Shown here: piece by piece, positions 16,723 to 24,000 of the stretch | Layout of the letters: every line of letters begins with the position of its first letter | Position numbering within the stretch: position 1 is the first letter of the stretch | DNA from: Shewanella psychrophila | GTDB taxonomy: Bacteria; Pseudomonadota; Gammaproteobacteria; Enterobacterales; Shewanellaceae | Assembly: GCF_002005305.1 (NCBI RefSeq) | Contig: NZ_CP014782.1 | Location: forward strand, 216,706 to 240,705 | Direction of reading: 5' to 3' | DNA: 24,000 bases | The notes under the pieces: generated by a model | Seen by the model: the letters and a program-made list of their open reading frames with translations, nothing else | Told to the model about the DNA's origin: nothing | The model's database searches: none | Program-made: the position numbers and the translations under genes

Positions 16723-17723
16723 ATGGCCTCCTGCTCAAGCACCAAGCCAGACTTCAACCATTTAGAGGACTCTATCGCTATCAAGAGGGCGGTTTGATTA
16801 TCTTCAATTCGATCTTGTAAGTGACTGAGCTGAACGAAGGGAAGTGCGTTACCATTATTACCTGTTTCGTGGACACAGCTAATAACCTGATCATCCTTCA
16901 AGCCTAAGTGTCGGATGATGTTATGTGTCATCCTTCCAGATAGCTGAGGGGGCAAATACCAATCTACTTCACCCGCAGTCTGCGTCGACAAGCTATCTAG
17001 AATCTCTGCGGCTAAACCGGGGACATGCTTTTCGATGGCCTTGTAATCTTCCATCAGCATGGTGTCATCACTGTCACGTAGGCCGCGCCAATTGACTATC
17101 TGTCCCGGTGGCAGATCTAAGCCGGTGTAATGACATTCGAACTGAGTTAGCTTCCAGCGCAATCCCGTTGCTTGGGTAGACATAATCATCGCCCCGGCGC
17201 CATCACCAAACAGCGCAAAGTTAATCTGTTCGTTGGCTTCACTTTGGCTGTAGTCTTTGAGAGGGTCGATAAACTTGGTACAGACATCGGCACCTATGAT
17301 GAGTCCGCGTCGATACTCACCACTTAACAATAAGGCTCGGGCCATAGACACGGCTTGCATCGCCCCGGTACAACCGGACTGCAGCTGGAAGGTCGCAATA
17401 TTGGCAGCGCCAAGCTTTTCCGCCACGAGATTGACCGTTGCAGGCATCAATTGATCCGGTGTTGCCGTGGCCATCACAATAAAATCCAGATCTTCACAGC
17501 CTATCTGCTCTATCTCCATGGCTTTTTGTGCCGCTTGTGTCGCTATGTCTGCTAGTGAGTTTTTTATTTCGCCAGTTTTCAAATCTGTAGTGAAGTAACG
17601 GCTACGATTTCCCAGGAATAAACTGACCCAATCGGCATTTAGCCCAAAACGTTCGGCAAGCAATGAATTATCTACCGGATCATTGGGCAGATAGTGTTGG
17701 CATTGATTAATATAAATAGTCAT
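16719..17723 (-). CDS. FabH-like KAS III family enzyme (candidate tetronate ring-forming condensing enzyme)
   Basis: 334 aa with a thiolase fold. The active-site Cys context is FQLQSGCTGAMQAVSMA, and a C-terminal ETGNNGNALPF aligns to the FabH GNTSAAS region. By my eye alignment, the region matching the FabH HQAN His motif reads PPQLSG. Confidence 0.85.
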   Translation of the reverse strand: MTIYINQCQHYLPNDPVDNSLLAERFGLNADWVSLFLGNRSRYFTTDLKTGEIKNSLADIATQAAQKAMEIEQIGCEDLDFIVMATATPDQLMPATVNLVAEKLGAANIATFQLQSGCTGAMQAVSMARALLLSGEYRRGLIIGADVCTKFIDPLKDYSQSEANEQINFALFGDGAGAMIMSTQATGLRWKLTQFECHYTGLDLPPGQIVNWRGLRDSDDTMLMEDYKAIEKHVPGLAAEILDSLSTQTAGEVDWYLPPQLSGRMTHNIIRHLGLKDDQVISCVHETGNNGNALPFVQLSHLQDRIEDNQTALLIAIESSKWLKSGLVLEQEAI

Positions 17724-17732
17724 GGAAATTTC

Positions 17733-20666
17733 CTATTTTAGGGGCAAGGTTGTTCGGTCCAGAATGGCCATTAAGTCGCCGACGGTTTGCACATCGAACA
17801 GTTCAGATAGTTCCGGCATGGCGTCTTCTCCTACCCGCTCACGTAGCTTATCGACCAGCTCAATTAAATTGACTGAATCTAGGCCCAGATCGGCGCTTAA
17901 ACGTTTGTCTGGGAGGATGAGCTCGGCTGGATGACCCGTCACGGAGGCGAGGACATCGATCACAAGACCGCTGATCTGTATGGCGGGTTTTTCTTTCAGC
18001 GGCTCTATGATTTTTTTCGAGCTAGTTATGGCTTGTTTGGAGTGAGTCGCTGGCTGGTGGGTACTCATTGACGTTTTGCGGAAGCGAGCCAGAGATTGGC
18101 GAGAAAAGTCAGTTAAATCGAAGGCAAAAGGCACTAGATCAGAATCCGATTCACTGGTGTTCAGGGCTGACCAGTTGATTGGCATACCTCGGCGGAACAG
18201 GGCCCTTAGGGTTTCGCAAAAGGTATTAATATCCTGGGGGTCTTCGATAGAGGAAGAGTAGAATTCACCAGTATTAGGGCCATTTTTGATCGCGAGCATA
18301 GATAGCACGGGAGCCGACCCCATCTCTATGCCTATGACTCCCTGTCCGCTGGGGATATCACCGAGTAAAGTATCGAAAGCAGGTTTGAACTTCACTGTAT
18401 TGACTAAGTGCCGAGACCAGTAATTTGCCTCTATGGCTTGTTGAACTTGCTTATTACCTGTGACTGTCGAGTACCAATTTAGCTGTGGAGCGTGATACTC
18501 GATCTTGCTGGCCGCAGCTTCTATATCTGACTTTGCCGCTGCCATTTGAGGGCTGTGGAAAGCATGGGTCACAGTGAGAGGCTTGATACGAACCTGCTTT
18601 TTTACGCCCCACATTCTTGCTGCTTCTATGGCTGCGCTGTCACCGGCAACGACAAATTGTGCATCGCTGTTCCAGACCGCAAGGGACAGGCCTGGAACAT
18701 CTTGCTGTAGTTCTGCCAAGGTTTCTCGTGAAGCTAATACCGCAGCCATTGCACCATTACCATTCACATCATCGATGGCGTCACCTCGGGCAATGACCAG
18801 AGATATAGCTTGCTCCATGGTCATCACACCCGCAATGCTTGCCGCTGCAAACTCGCCAATACTATGGCCTATTACAGCATCTGGCTTAAAACCAATTTCC
18901 ATCCACCATTGTGCCAGTGACCATTCGACGGCAAAGAGGACTGGTTGAGCAAAGCGAGCCTTGGTCAGCAAGCATGATGCTTGACTATCATTATCAATAA
19001 TTGGCATCAAAGAGCTGCCTGTTAGCTGTCGATAAACGGCATCGCATTGATCGAAGTAGCGACGGAGTCGAGGAAACGTCTTATATAGCCCTTTCATCAT
19101 TCCTGGGTACTGACAACCTTGGCCCGTAAACATAAATACCAGAGGAGCCTCATTGGCATCAAATGGTGCACGGTAAGTGGGTTTTCCCAATAGACGAGCA
19201 GATTCTTCAACTTCTTTACTGTTACGGCCAAAGCATAGGTCTCGTACCTGGCCTTGGCTTCTTAGCTGTTGATGCCCACTTGCCAATTGCTTTATGTCGG
19301 CGCCTTGAGAAAGGCTTCGAATTGCGGCATTTTTTTGCCTTTGAAAACCAGCTTCATCTTTGGCTGCGATAGGAATAAAGGCGGGTTCGGGAGCTGTGTT
19401 TACAACGGCGGATTTTGGTGAAGTAAATACCAGATGGGCATTGGTCCCGCCTAAGCCGAAGGAGCTGATGGCGAAGTGTTTCTTATGCTCGGCTCCCCAA
19501 GTTTCCCCATCACTGGAAAGTGCCAGATTTCCCTTGGCCACGAGTGGATTGGCTGTATCGGAAAATGGGTTAGCTGGGATCTTTCTGTGTTTGAGCATCA
19601 AGGCAACCTTGATAATGGAGGCCATTGCGGCGGCTGCTTCACAATGCCCAATTAGGGACTTTACCGAATCTATGCCGCAGGGGACTTTACGCTCTCCACG
19701 AAACACGCGATTAAGCGCATTAATTTCAATACGATCGCCTAAGGAGGTACCCGTGCCATGACATTCAATAAAATCTATGTCTGCAGGTTCCAGTGCTGCT
19801 TTGGAATAGCATTCTCGTAGCAGACTTTCTTGGGATGGTCCGTTAGGAGCGGTTAATCCATTACTCTGACCATCATGATTGATGTGTCCGGCGATGAAGT
19901 GACAATATTGGTTTCTGGCTAAGTGTTCGGGCTCAAGCACCACAGCCCCTATCCCTTCGGCGCGAATGATGCCATCGGCGTGATCTGAAAATGCATTACA
20001 GCGTCCACTGGGGGATAAGAGTCCGGCTTTTTGATAGAAGCGCTGCAATACTGGGGTAAGGATCGCATTGACCCCGGCGACAATGGCCAGATCACACTCA
20101 TCAGAACTTATCGCATTCCTCGCGTGCACCAGAGCCACTGCCGAGGAGGAGCATGCGGTCGCTATGGTCATACTCGGGCCTTTAAAGTCATATAAGTATG
20201 AGATACGGTTTGACAGTAAAGCGTGGCCTGTGCCCGTCACATGACCCGGCAACAAGGCATTGGTATCTTGAAACTGAAGTGTGGTCCAGTCATTAGCCAT
20301 GGCTCCGACAAACACCCCAACTTTTTGACCTCGAAGTGTCTTGGGGTTATAGCCAGCGTCTTCCAAGGCTTGCCAGACAATTTGCAGTAGCCAACGTTGC
20401 TGTGGATCCATTAAGGATGCTTCACGTCGATTGATTCCAAAGTGCTGATAGTCGAAGGCTTCAAGCTGCGAGACATAACCGCCTGGGACGGTCTGAAAAT
20501 AGGCCGTGTCTTGGGCATTATCAAACCACTCATCTGCCAGCCAACGTCCAGCAGGCAGAGGACATACGGCATTTTTTGCGGCACATATTTGCGCCCAATA
20601 TCCTTGCTTGTCATCTGCACCTGGAAATCGGCAAGCGACACCGGAAATAACGAGAGATTTCATCAT
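17733..20666 (-). CDS. Type I polyketide synthase, single module KS-AT-ACP
   Basis: 977 aa.
- KS: TACSSS (Cys172), ECHGTGT, IGHCEAAAA, GGTNAH.
- AT: GHSIGEFAAA and VTHAFHS (HAFH, malonyl-type).
- ACP: DLGLDSVNLIEL near the C-terminus.
No KR, DH, ER, TE or loading domain is present. Confidence 0.95.
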   Translation of the reverse strand: MMKSLVISGVACRFPGADDKQGYWAQICAAKNAVCPLPAGRWLADEWFDNAQDTAYFQTVPGGYVSQLEAFDYQHFGINRREASLMDPQQRWLLQIVWQALEDAGYNPKTLRGQKVGVFVGAMANDWTTLQFQDTNALLPGHVTGTGHALLSNRISYLYDFKGPSMTIATACSSSAVALVHARNAISSDECDLAIVAGVNAILTPVLQRFYQKAGLLSPSGRCNAFSDHADGIIRAEGIGAVVLEPEHLARNQYCHFIAGHINHDGQSNGLTAPNGPSQESLLRECYSKAALEPADIDFIECHGTGTSLGDRIEINALNRVFRGERKVPCGIDSVKSLIGHCEAAAAMASIIKVALMLKHRKIPANPFSDTANPLVAKGNLALSSDGETWGAEHKKHFAISSFGLGGTNAHLVFTSPKSAVVNTAPEPAFIPIAAKDEAGFQRQKNAAIRSLSQGADIKQLASGHQQLRSQGQVRDLCFGRNSKEVEESARLLGKPTYRAPFDANEAPLVFMFTGQGCQYPGMMKGLYKTFPRLRRYFDQCDAVYRQLTGSSLMPIIDNDSQASCLLTKARFAQPVLFAVEWSLAQWWMEIGFKPDAVIGHSIGEFAAASIAGVMTMEQAISLVIARGDAIDDVNGNGAMAAVLASRETLAELQQDVPGLSLAVWNSDAQFVVAGDSAAIEAARMWGVKKQVRIKPLTVTHAFHSPQMAAAKSDIEAAASKIEYHAPQLNWYSTVTGNKQVQQAIEANYWSRHLVNTVKFKPAFDTLLGDIPSGQGVIGIEMGSAPVLSMLAIKNGPNTGEFYSSSIEDPQDINTFCETLRALFRRGMPINWSALNTSESDSDLVPFAFDLTDFSRQSLARFRKTSMSTHQPATHSKQAITSSKKIIEPLKEKPAIQISGLVIDVLASVTGHPAELILPDKRLSADLGLDSVNLIELVDKLRERVGEDAMPELSELFDVQTVGDLMAILDRTTLPLK

Positions 20667-20753
20667 GTTCTCTTTTCCTTTATGGTTAAATATTTCAAAT
20701 TCATCGTCTTCTTGCCCATCGACTACCAGTCATTGCGCAGGGTAGGTGATAGG

Positions 20754-21008
20754 TCAGGCAAGTTGCGCGTTTTGCTCTTCGATCAGGAAGGCCGACATTT
20801 TTTCAATGGTGGGATAGTTCCATGTCAGCGTCGGCTCCACATCGATACCGATCAGGTCCTCAATATCTGCACATAGGCTCATTGCCGAGACTGAGTTAAT
20901 ACCGTATTCAGATAATGCGGTGGTCAGTTTGATGTCTTCCACAGGTTTACTGAGATACTCGGCAACCTTCTCTTGGATAAAAGTCATTAATTCGGTTTGT
21001 GTATTCAT
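20754..21008 (-). CDS. Standalone acyl/peptidyl carrier protein
   Basis: 84 aa. LSEYGINSVSAMSLCADIE is a carrier-protein Ser motif ((D/N)S). AGGAG SD lies 6 nt upstream. Confidence 0.85.
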   Translation of the reverse strand: MNTQTELMTFIQEKVAEYLSKPVEDIKLTTALSEYGINSVSAMSLCADIEDLIGIDVEPTLTWNYPTIEKMSAFLIEEQNAQLA

Positions 21009-21030
21009 GGTGTACTCCTGGTTGATTCAG

Positions 21031-22686
21031 TTAGTTATTGTCTGAATGGTTAGCTTTAGGTTGAAACATGAGTGAGGCCAAGGGATCGCCATCTGTGTCT
21101 TGTAGGTAATGGCTAATGGTGTCTGCAGCGCTCAGATAGTAGGTATTGGCTGACGGGTCACACATGGGCCGTGTCAGGCGCCAAAGCGTGATAAAGCCCA
21201 AGGCATGATGAATATCCTGACTATCGGTTGCGGTGATATTTCGTAGCACTGAAATGGCTGCAATCAGCTTGCAATAACGTGTTGCCGCGCCATAAATGTC
21301 CTGCTGAAGCGAGTCGAAGCACTGGGTTTTCAACGCTTCTAAGTCTGTCAGCAGGGATACCCATTCGGCTTGTTGGGCAAATAAGGCCCGGCAGCGTGCC
21401 GTTAATGTGGGCAAGAGAGAAAGTAGTGGATCTGATTTACTGCAGGACAGGCGCAGGGCAGACAGCCAGGACGTGTTGCTGGTATTTAAGGCCGTTAATA
21501 TTGAACTGGCATCGGATTGTGATTTCTCTGCCAGTAATCTTGGCAGCATATGCACTAAGCTAGTCTGGCAGACTAAGCTTCCGGCGTGGCCGAAACTCAC
21601 CACTGGAAAGTCTCTGACCAGCTTCTCGAACATGCCGAAATCATCGTTCATAAGGTAGTAACGAGCGCCTATTAGGCTGCCCATAGACTTGATTGCCTGC
21701 TTCATCAATGGGGGTAAGAAATATTTACTGGCTGAGCTATAACCGTTAGCGAATTGCGGAAATGCCTGTAAAGCGTGTCGCAGTAAGCTTGCCATTTCAC
21801 CAGCAAGCCAAACATCTGCGGTGGCTTCGGCAAGTTCTTTACGGTAAACCGGTATGGCAAATAAATTGTCACCATACAGGACGCGGTTTTGTGCGAAACG
21901 TGTGAGTATTTCCAGACCATTTCGGGCCGAGAATTGGCTGATAGCCGGTAGTAAGGTGCGGGTGATCTGGAATGCTTTCAAGGCATATTCGCCAGCGCGT
22001 CCCTGTTCACCAATCAGGCAAGAGTCGGCGATGAAGACACGATCGAAATAGATCCCCGAGATATGACAATTACGTACGCCTAAGGTGTCGAAGCGCCTCT
22101 CTATGCTCACTCCTTTCTGGTTTAATTCTGTCTGAGTCAGTAGAAATAAGCTGTGGCGACATGCTGGATTGTCATTGCCTGTATCGGCAAATAGCACCAA
22201 GCCATGGGCGCGGGCGAGGTTGTTGACGACCTCTTTACAGCCAGAAAGGAGATAGCCGCCCTCAACCTTAGAGGCCTTAAATGTCATGGCTGTTAAGTCA
22301 TTACCCGCCTGCAGTTCGTGATAGGCAATCGCAATGCGTCGGTCGTCACTCAGTAGAGCGGCAAGGGTTCGCTTCTGTTCATCGTTGCCGGCAACGGCCA
22401 GGTTGGTTGCCGCCATAAATGCGGTAAGGCAATAGCCCAGTCCCAGCGCCAGATCCTGACGGCACATCTCTCCCATTGCACTGGTCAGTGTCTCTAAGGT
22501 CACGCTCTCGTTATCCAGCAACCAGGTGGCGAGTAAATTACCCAGACCTGCCTGATGTATCACAGATTCCGCTGCCGTGTTGATTTCACCCGTGCGATCG
22601 AAGCTCAAAATTGCACTGGCTTTGAAGGCTGGGTGATGGTGATTAGCTTGGGCCAGCGCCGAGGATACATTGATAAAATCAGACAT
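21031..22686 (-). CDS. Acyl-CoA dehydrogenase-fold protein with long C-terminal extension
   Basis: 551 aa. ACAD middle and C-terminal domain pattern: YLLSGCKEVVNNLARAHGLVLFA...LFLL...GVSIERRFDTLGVRNCHISGIYFDRVFI...LIGEQGRAGEYALKAFQITRT.... No Glu at the position aligning to the MCAD YEGT motif (reads SFGHAGS). The start overlaps the upstream stop by 8 nt and has an AAGGAG SD. Confidence 0.75.
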   Translation of the reverse strand: MSDFINVSSALAQANHHHPAFKASAILSFDRTGEINTAAESVIHQAGLGNLLATWLLDNESVTLETLTSAMGEMCRQDLALGLGYCLTAFMAATNLAVAGNDEQKRTLAALLSDDRRIAIAYHELQAGNDLTAMTFKASKVEGGYLLSGCKEVVNNLARAHGLVLFADTGNDNPACRHSLFLLTQTELNQKGVSIERRFDTLGVRNCHISGIYFDRVFIADSCLIGEQGRAGEYALKAFQITRTLLPAISQFSARNGLEILTRFAQNRVLYGDNLFAIPVYRKELAEATADVWLAGEMASLLRHALQAFPQFANGYSSASKYFLPPLMKQAIKSMGSLIGARYYLMNDDFGMFEKLVRDFPVVSFGHAGSLVCQTSLVHMLPRLLAEKSQSDASSILTALNTSNTSWLSALRLSCSKSDPLLSLLPTLTARCRALFAQQAEWVSLLTDLEALKTQCFDSLQQDIYGAATRYCKLIAAISVLRNITATDSQDIHHALGFITLWRLTRPMCDPSANTYYLSAADTISHYLQDTDGDPLASLMFQPKANHSDNN

Positions 22687-24000
22687 AGCTTATCTCCTTG
22701 GTGGGCTTTTCAGCTCTTGTAGCCTTTGAATCCTCTCTAGTCTGGGCAAGTTTGGCGTCGACTTCGCCACGAATTGATAAATTGAGCGGAGAAAAAAGGT
22801 TGTTGTCATCGAGTTGCTGGCGTACCAGTTTTAGGCAATGCATGTCCTTTAGCGCGTCTTGATTGCCGAGCAGCAGATCTATGCACTCCTCTACCCAACT
22901 AAATGAGCGGAAGGATCGAGATAAGCGGTTACGGTTGTAAAGGAAGGTGAGCAAGGTCATGGCGGCGAGTTGTAAGTTGCAGTAACGTTTCGCCAAGGAA
23001 AACCGTTGCGCCGATGGGTGACCTAGTTCAACGGGTAAAGCCTGTACCAAGCCATCTAGTTCGGTAAGTCTGGCTTGAATTTGGACCAATTTTTCGGTGA
23101 GAACCGGACACTCACCTGTCATAGATTCGGCTCTCTTTAACCCGGCAGCCAGCCAGTCACCACGCATAGTGAACAGGGAGAGTGAATCTCGGTCGAATGT
23201 CGGCAGTTCTGTATCGATACAGAACAAGGCATCTAACATCTGAGGCGAAATAGCGTTTACTGATTTCTCTCTATGGCGTGCAAGTGTCGGTAATTGAAGG
23301 GCGATAGCCTGTAGGTTAACGGCGGTATTACCATCGAAGAGAGAAATCAAACGAATATCGCGCAACATCTTGCCGAAGATATCGGTTTGCTCACCAAGTT
23401 GGACGTAGGAGCGAACACCGAGCACATCCGAGAGCGATTCCATCATGGTTTCACATAGAACAGGAACAGAAGCTTTGGCGACGGCAGAGAGTAAACTCAT
23501 CTGCTGAGGAAAACACTGTATGGCTCGACTGATCACTTGGGTCGCTATGTCAGCGATGTACATCTGCGTGGCACTGGTCGCTAACACCTGACGAATATTG
23601 GCTATGTCGATCAAAGCTTGATTACCCGAGCGACGTTGCTGAGCAAATTCCACTGCGAGTCGTAGGCCTGTATCAGCAGCGCCGCAAGAGAGGGCGGCAC
23701 ATAGAGTGCGGGAAAGTTGGAAGCCTTTAAGTGTGATATCCAGGCCATGACCTTCTTTGCCAATCAGGGCATCATGATTAACCTCGAGGTTTTGAAATTG
23801 AATCCCACTTATATCGGCGCCCTTTATACCATGGGTCACCGCTTTCGGCACCTGACTAAAGCTTTGTGGCGGATGATCTTTCTTACGCACTAAAAATAAT
23901 GAAAAATCACGAGATTGGCCCTGATGATCGGTACGGGCAAAGACACTGAGAGCCTGTCCCCGAGTGGCGTTGTTTATCAGGTATTTTTCACCGTTAAGGC
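22679..24000 (-). CDS. Acyl-CoA dehydrogenase-fold protein (5' end beyond window)
   Basis: The frame stays open past the track's GTG at 23890 all the way to base 24000. Upstream translation reads ...LNGEKYLINNATRGQALSVFARTDHQGQSRDFSLFLVRKK..., the typical ACAD beta-domain. Downstream reads GIKGADISGIQFQNLEVNHDALIGKEGHGLDITLKGFQLSRT.... The YEGT-equivalent reads LFDGNT. Confidence 0.8.
   Translation of the reverse strand, partial: LNGEKYLINNATRGQALSVFARTDHQGQSRDFSLFLVRKKDHPPQSFSQVPKAVTHGIKGADISGIQFQNLEVNHDALIGKEGHGLDITLKGFQLSRTLCAALSCGAADTGLRLAVEFAQQRRSGNQALIDIANIRQVLATSATQMYIADIATQVISRAIQCFPQQMSLLSAVAKASVPVLCETMMESLSDVLGVRSYVQLGEQTDIFGKMLRDIRLISLFDGNTAVNLQAIALQLPTLARHREKSVNAISPQMLDALFCIDTELPTFDRDSLSLFTMRGDWLAAGLKRAESMTGECPVLTEKLVQIQARLTELDGLVQALPVELGHPSAQRFSLAKRYCNLQLAAMTLLTFLYNRNRLSRSFRSFSWVEECIDLLLGNQDALKDMHCLKLVRQQLDDNNLFSPLNLSIRGEVDAKLAQTREDSKATRAEKPTKEISYV

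Noticed and set aside
17733-20666. Possibility that the PKS belongs to a pfa-type PUFA synthase or ole hydrocarbon locus, both common in marine gammaproteobacteria
   Set aside because: It has a single KS-AT-ACP architecture with one ACP and no tandem ACPs. There are no CLF, DH or ER partners and no OleA-D genes, and the neighbours are tetronate-type.
23888-23890. GTG at 23890 given by the ORF track as the start of the second ACAD-fold gene
   Set aside because: The reading frame stays open upstream to the window edge. There it encodes the conserved ACAD beta-domain (LNGEKYLINNA...VFART...SLFLV), so the gene is 5'-truncated by the window rather than starting at 23890.
14592-24000. Alternative reading: FkbH + ACP + ACAD as a methoxymalonyl/hydroxymalonyl-ACP extender-unit pathway
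   Set aside because: No 3-hydroxyacyl-CoA-dehydrogenase (FkbK/ZmaG-type) or O-methyltransferase (FkbG-type) gene is present. The only AT carries a malonyl-type HAFH motif. The co-occurrence of FabH-like, E2-like and hydrolase genes fits the tetronate cassette better. The alternative is not fully excluded without phylogeny.

Overview
The window looks like a gammaproteobacterial chromosome (about 45% GC; Shewanella/Alteromonadales-like by eye, which I cannot verify). It falls into two parts.

**Housekeeping part (1-5695).** It holds a 5'-truncated SLT-domain lytic transglycosylase, a MATE efflux pump, a LysR regulator and a DUF4440-like protein. It also holds the divergent rRNA methyltransferase genes rlmJ and rsmJ, separated by a 694-bp AT-rich spacer containing a perfect 44-bp palindrome.

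**Accessory part (after rsmJ).** It opens with a 163/164-bp tandem repeat (2.6 copies) that re-duplicates the last ~30 codons of rsmJ. This is followed by a DUF4260 gene and then a quorum-sensing locus with luxR(+) / intervening gene(-) / luxI(+) topology. The intervening gene encodes a 323-aa RibD-like protein with degenerate catalytic motifs. The promoter region it shares with luxI carries two related CTGT-N8-(A/T)CAG lux-box-like sites.

**Main finding.** Converging on luxI, 38 bp from its stop, is the 3' end of a minus-strand, translationally coupled operon longer than 14 kb (9852 to beyond 24000). In transcription order it encodes:
- two acyl-CoA-dehydrogenase-fold proteins
- an ACP
- a single-module KS-AT-ACP type I PKS (the AT has a malonyl-type HAFH motif)
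- a FabH-like KAS III
- an FkbH-like glyceryl-ACP synthase
- an ACP
- a 2-oxoacid-dehydrogenase-E2-like acyltransferase (DHRVIDG)
- a class A FAD monooxygenase
- an alpha/beta hydrolase
- a type II thioesterase
- an EntD/Sfp-type PPTase

The FabH-like/FkbH/ACP/E2-like/hydrolase set is the signature tetronate ring-forming cassette, as in the agglomerin, abyssomicin and chlorothricin pathways. I therefore read this as a probably uncharacterised, quorum-sensing-linked 3-acyl-(5-methylidene)tetronate gene cluster. Its extra ACAD-pair and flavin-monooxygenase tailoring is not part of the known minimal pathways.

All functional calls rest on motif reading by eye. No database searches were run.
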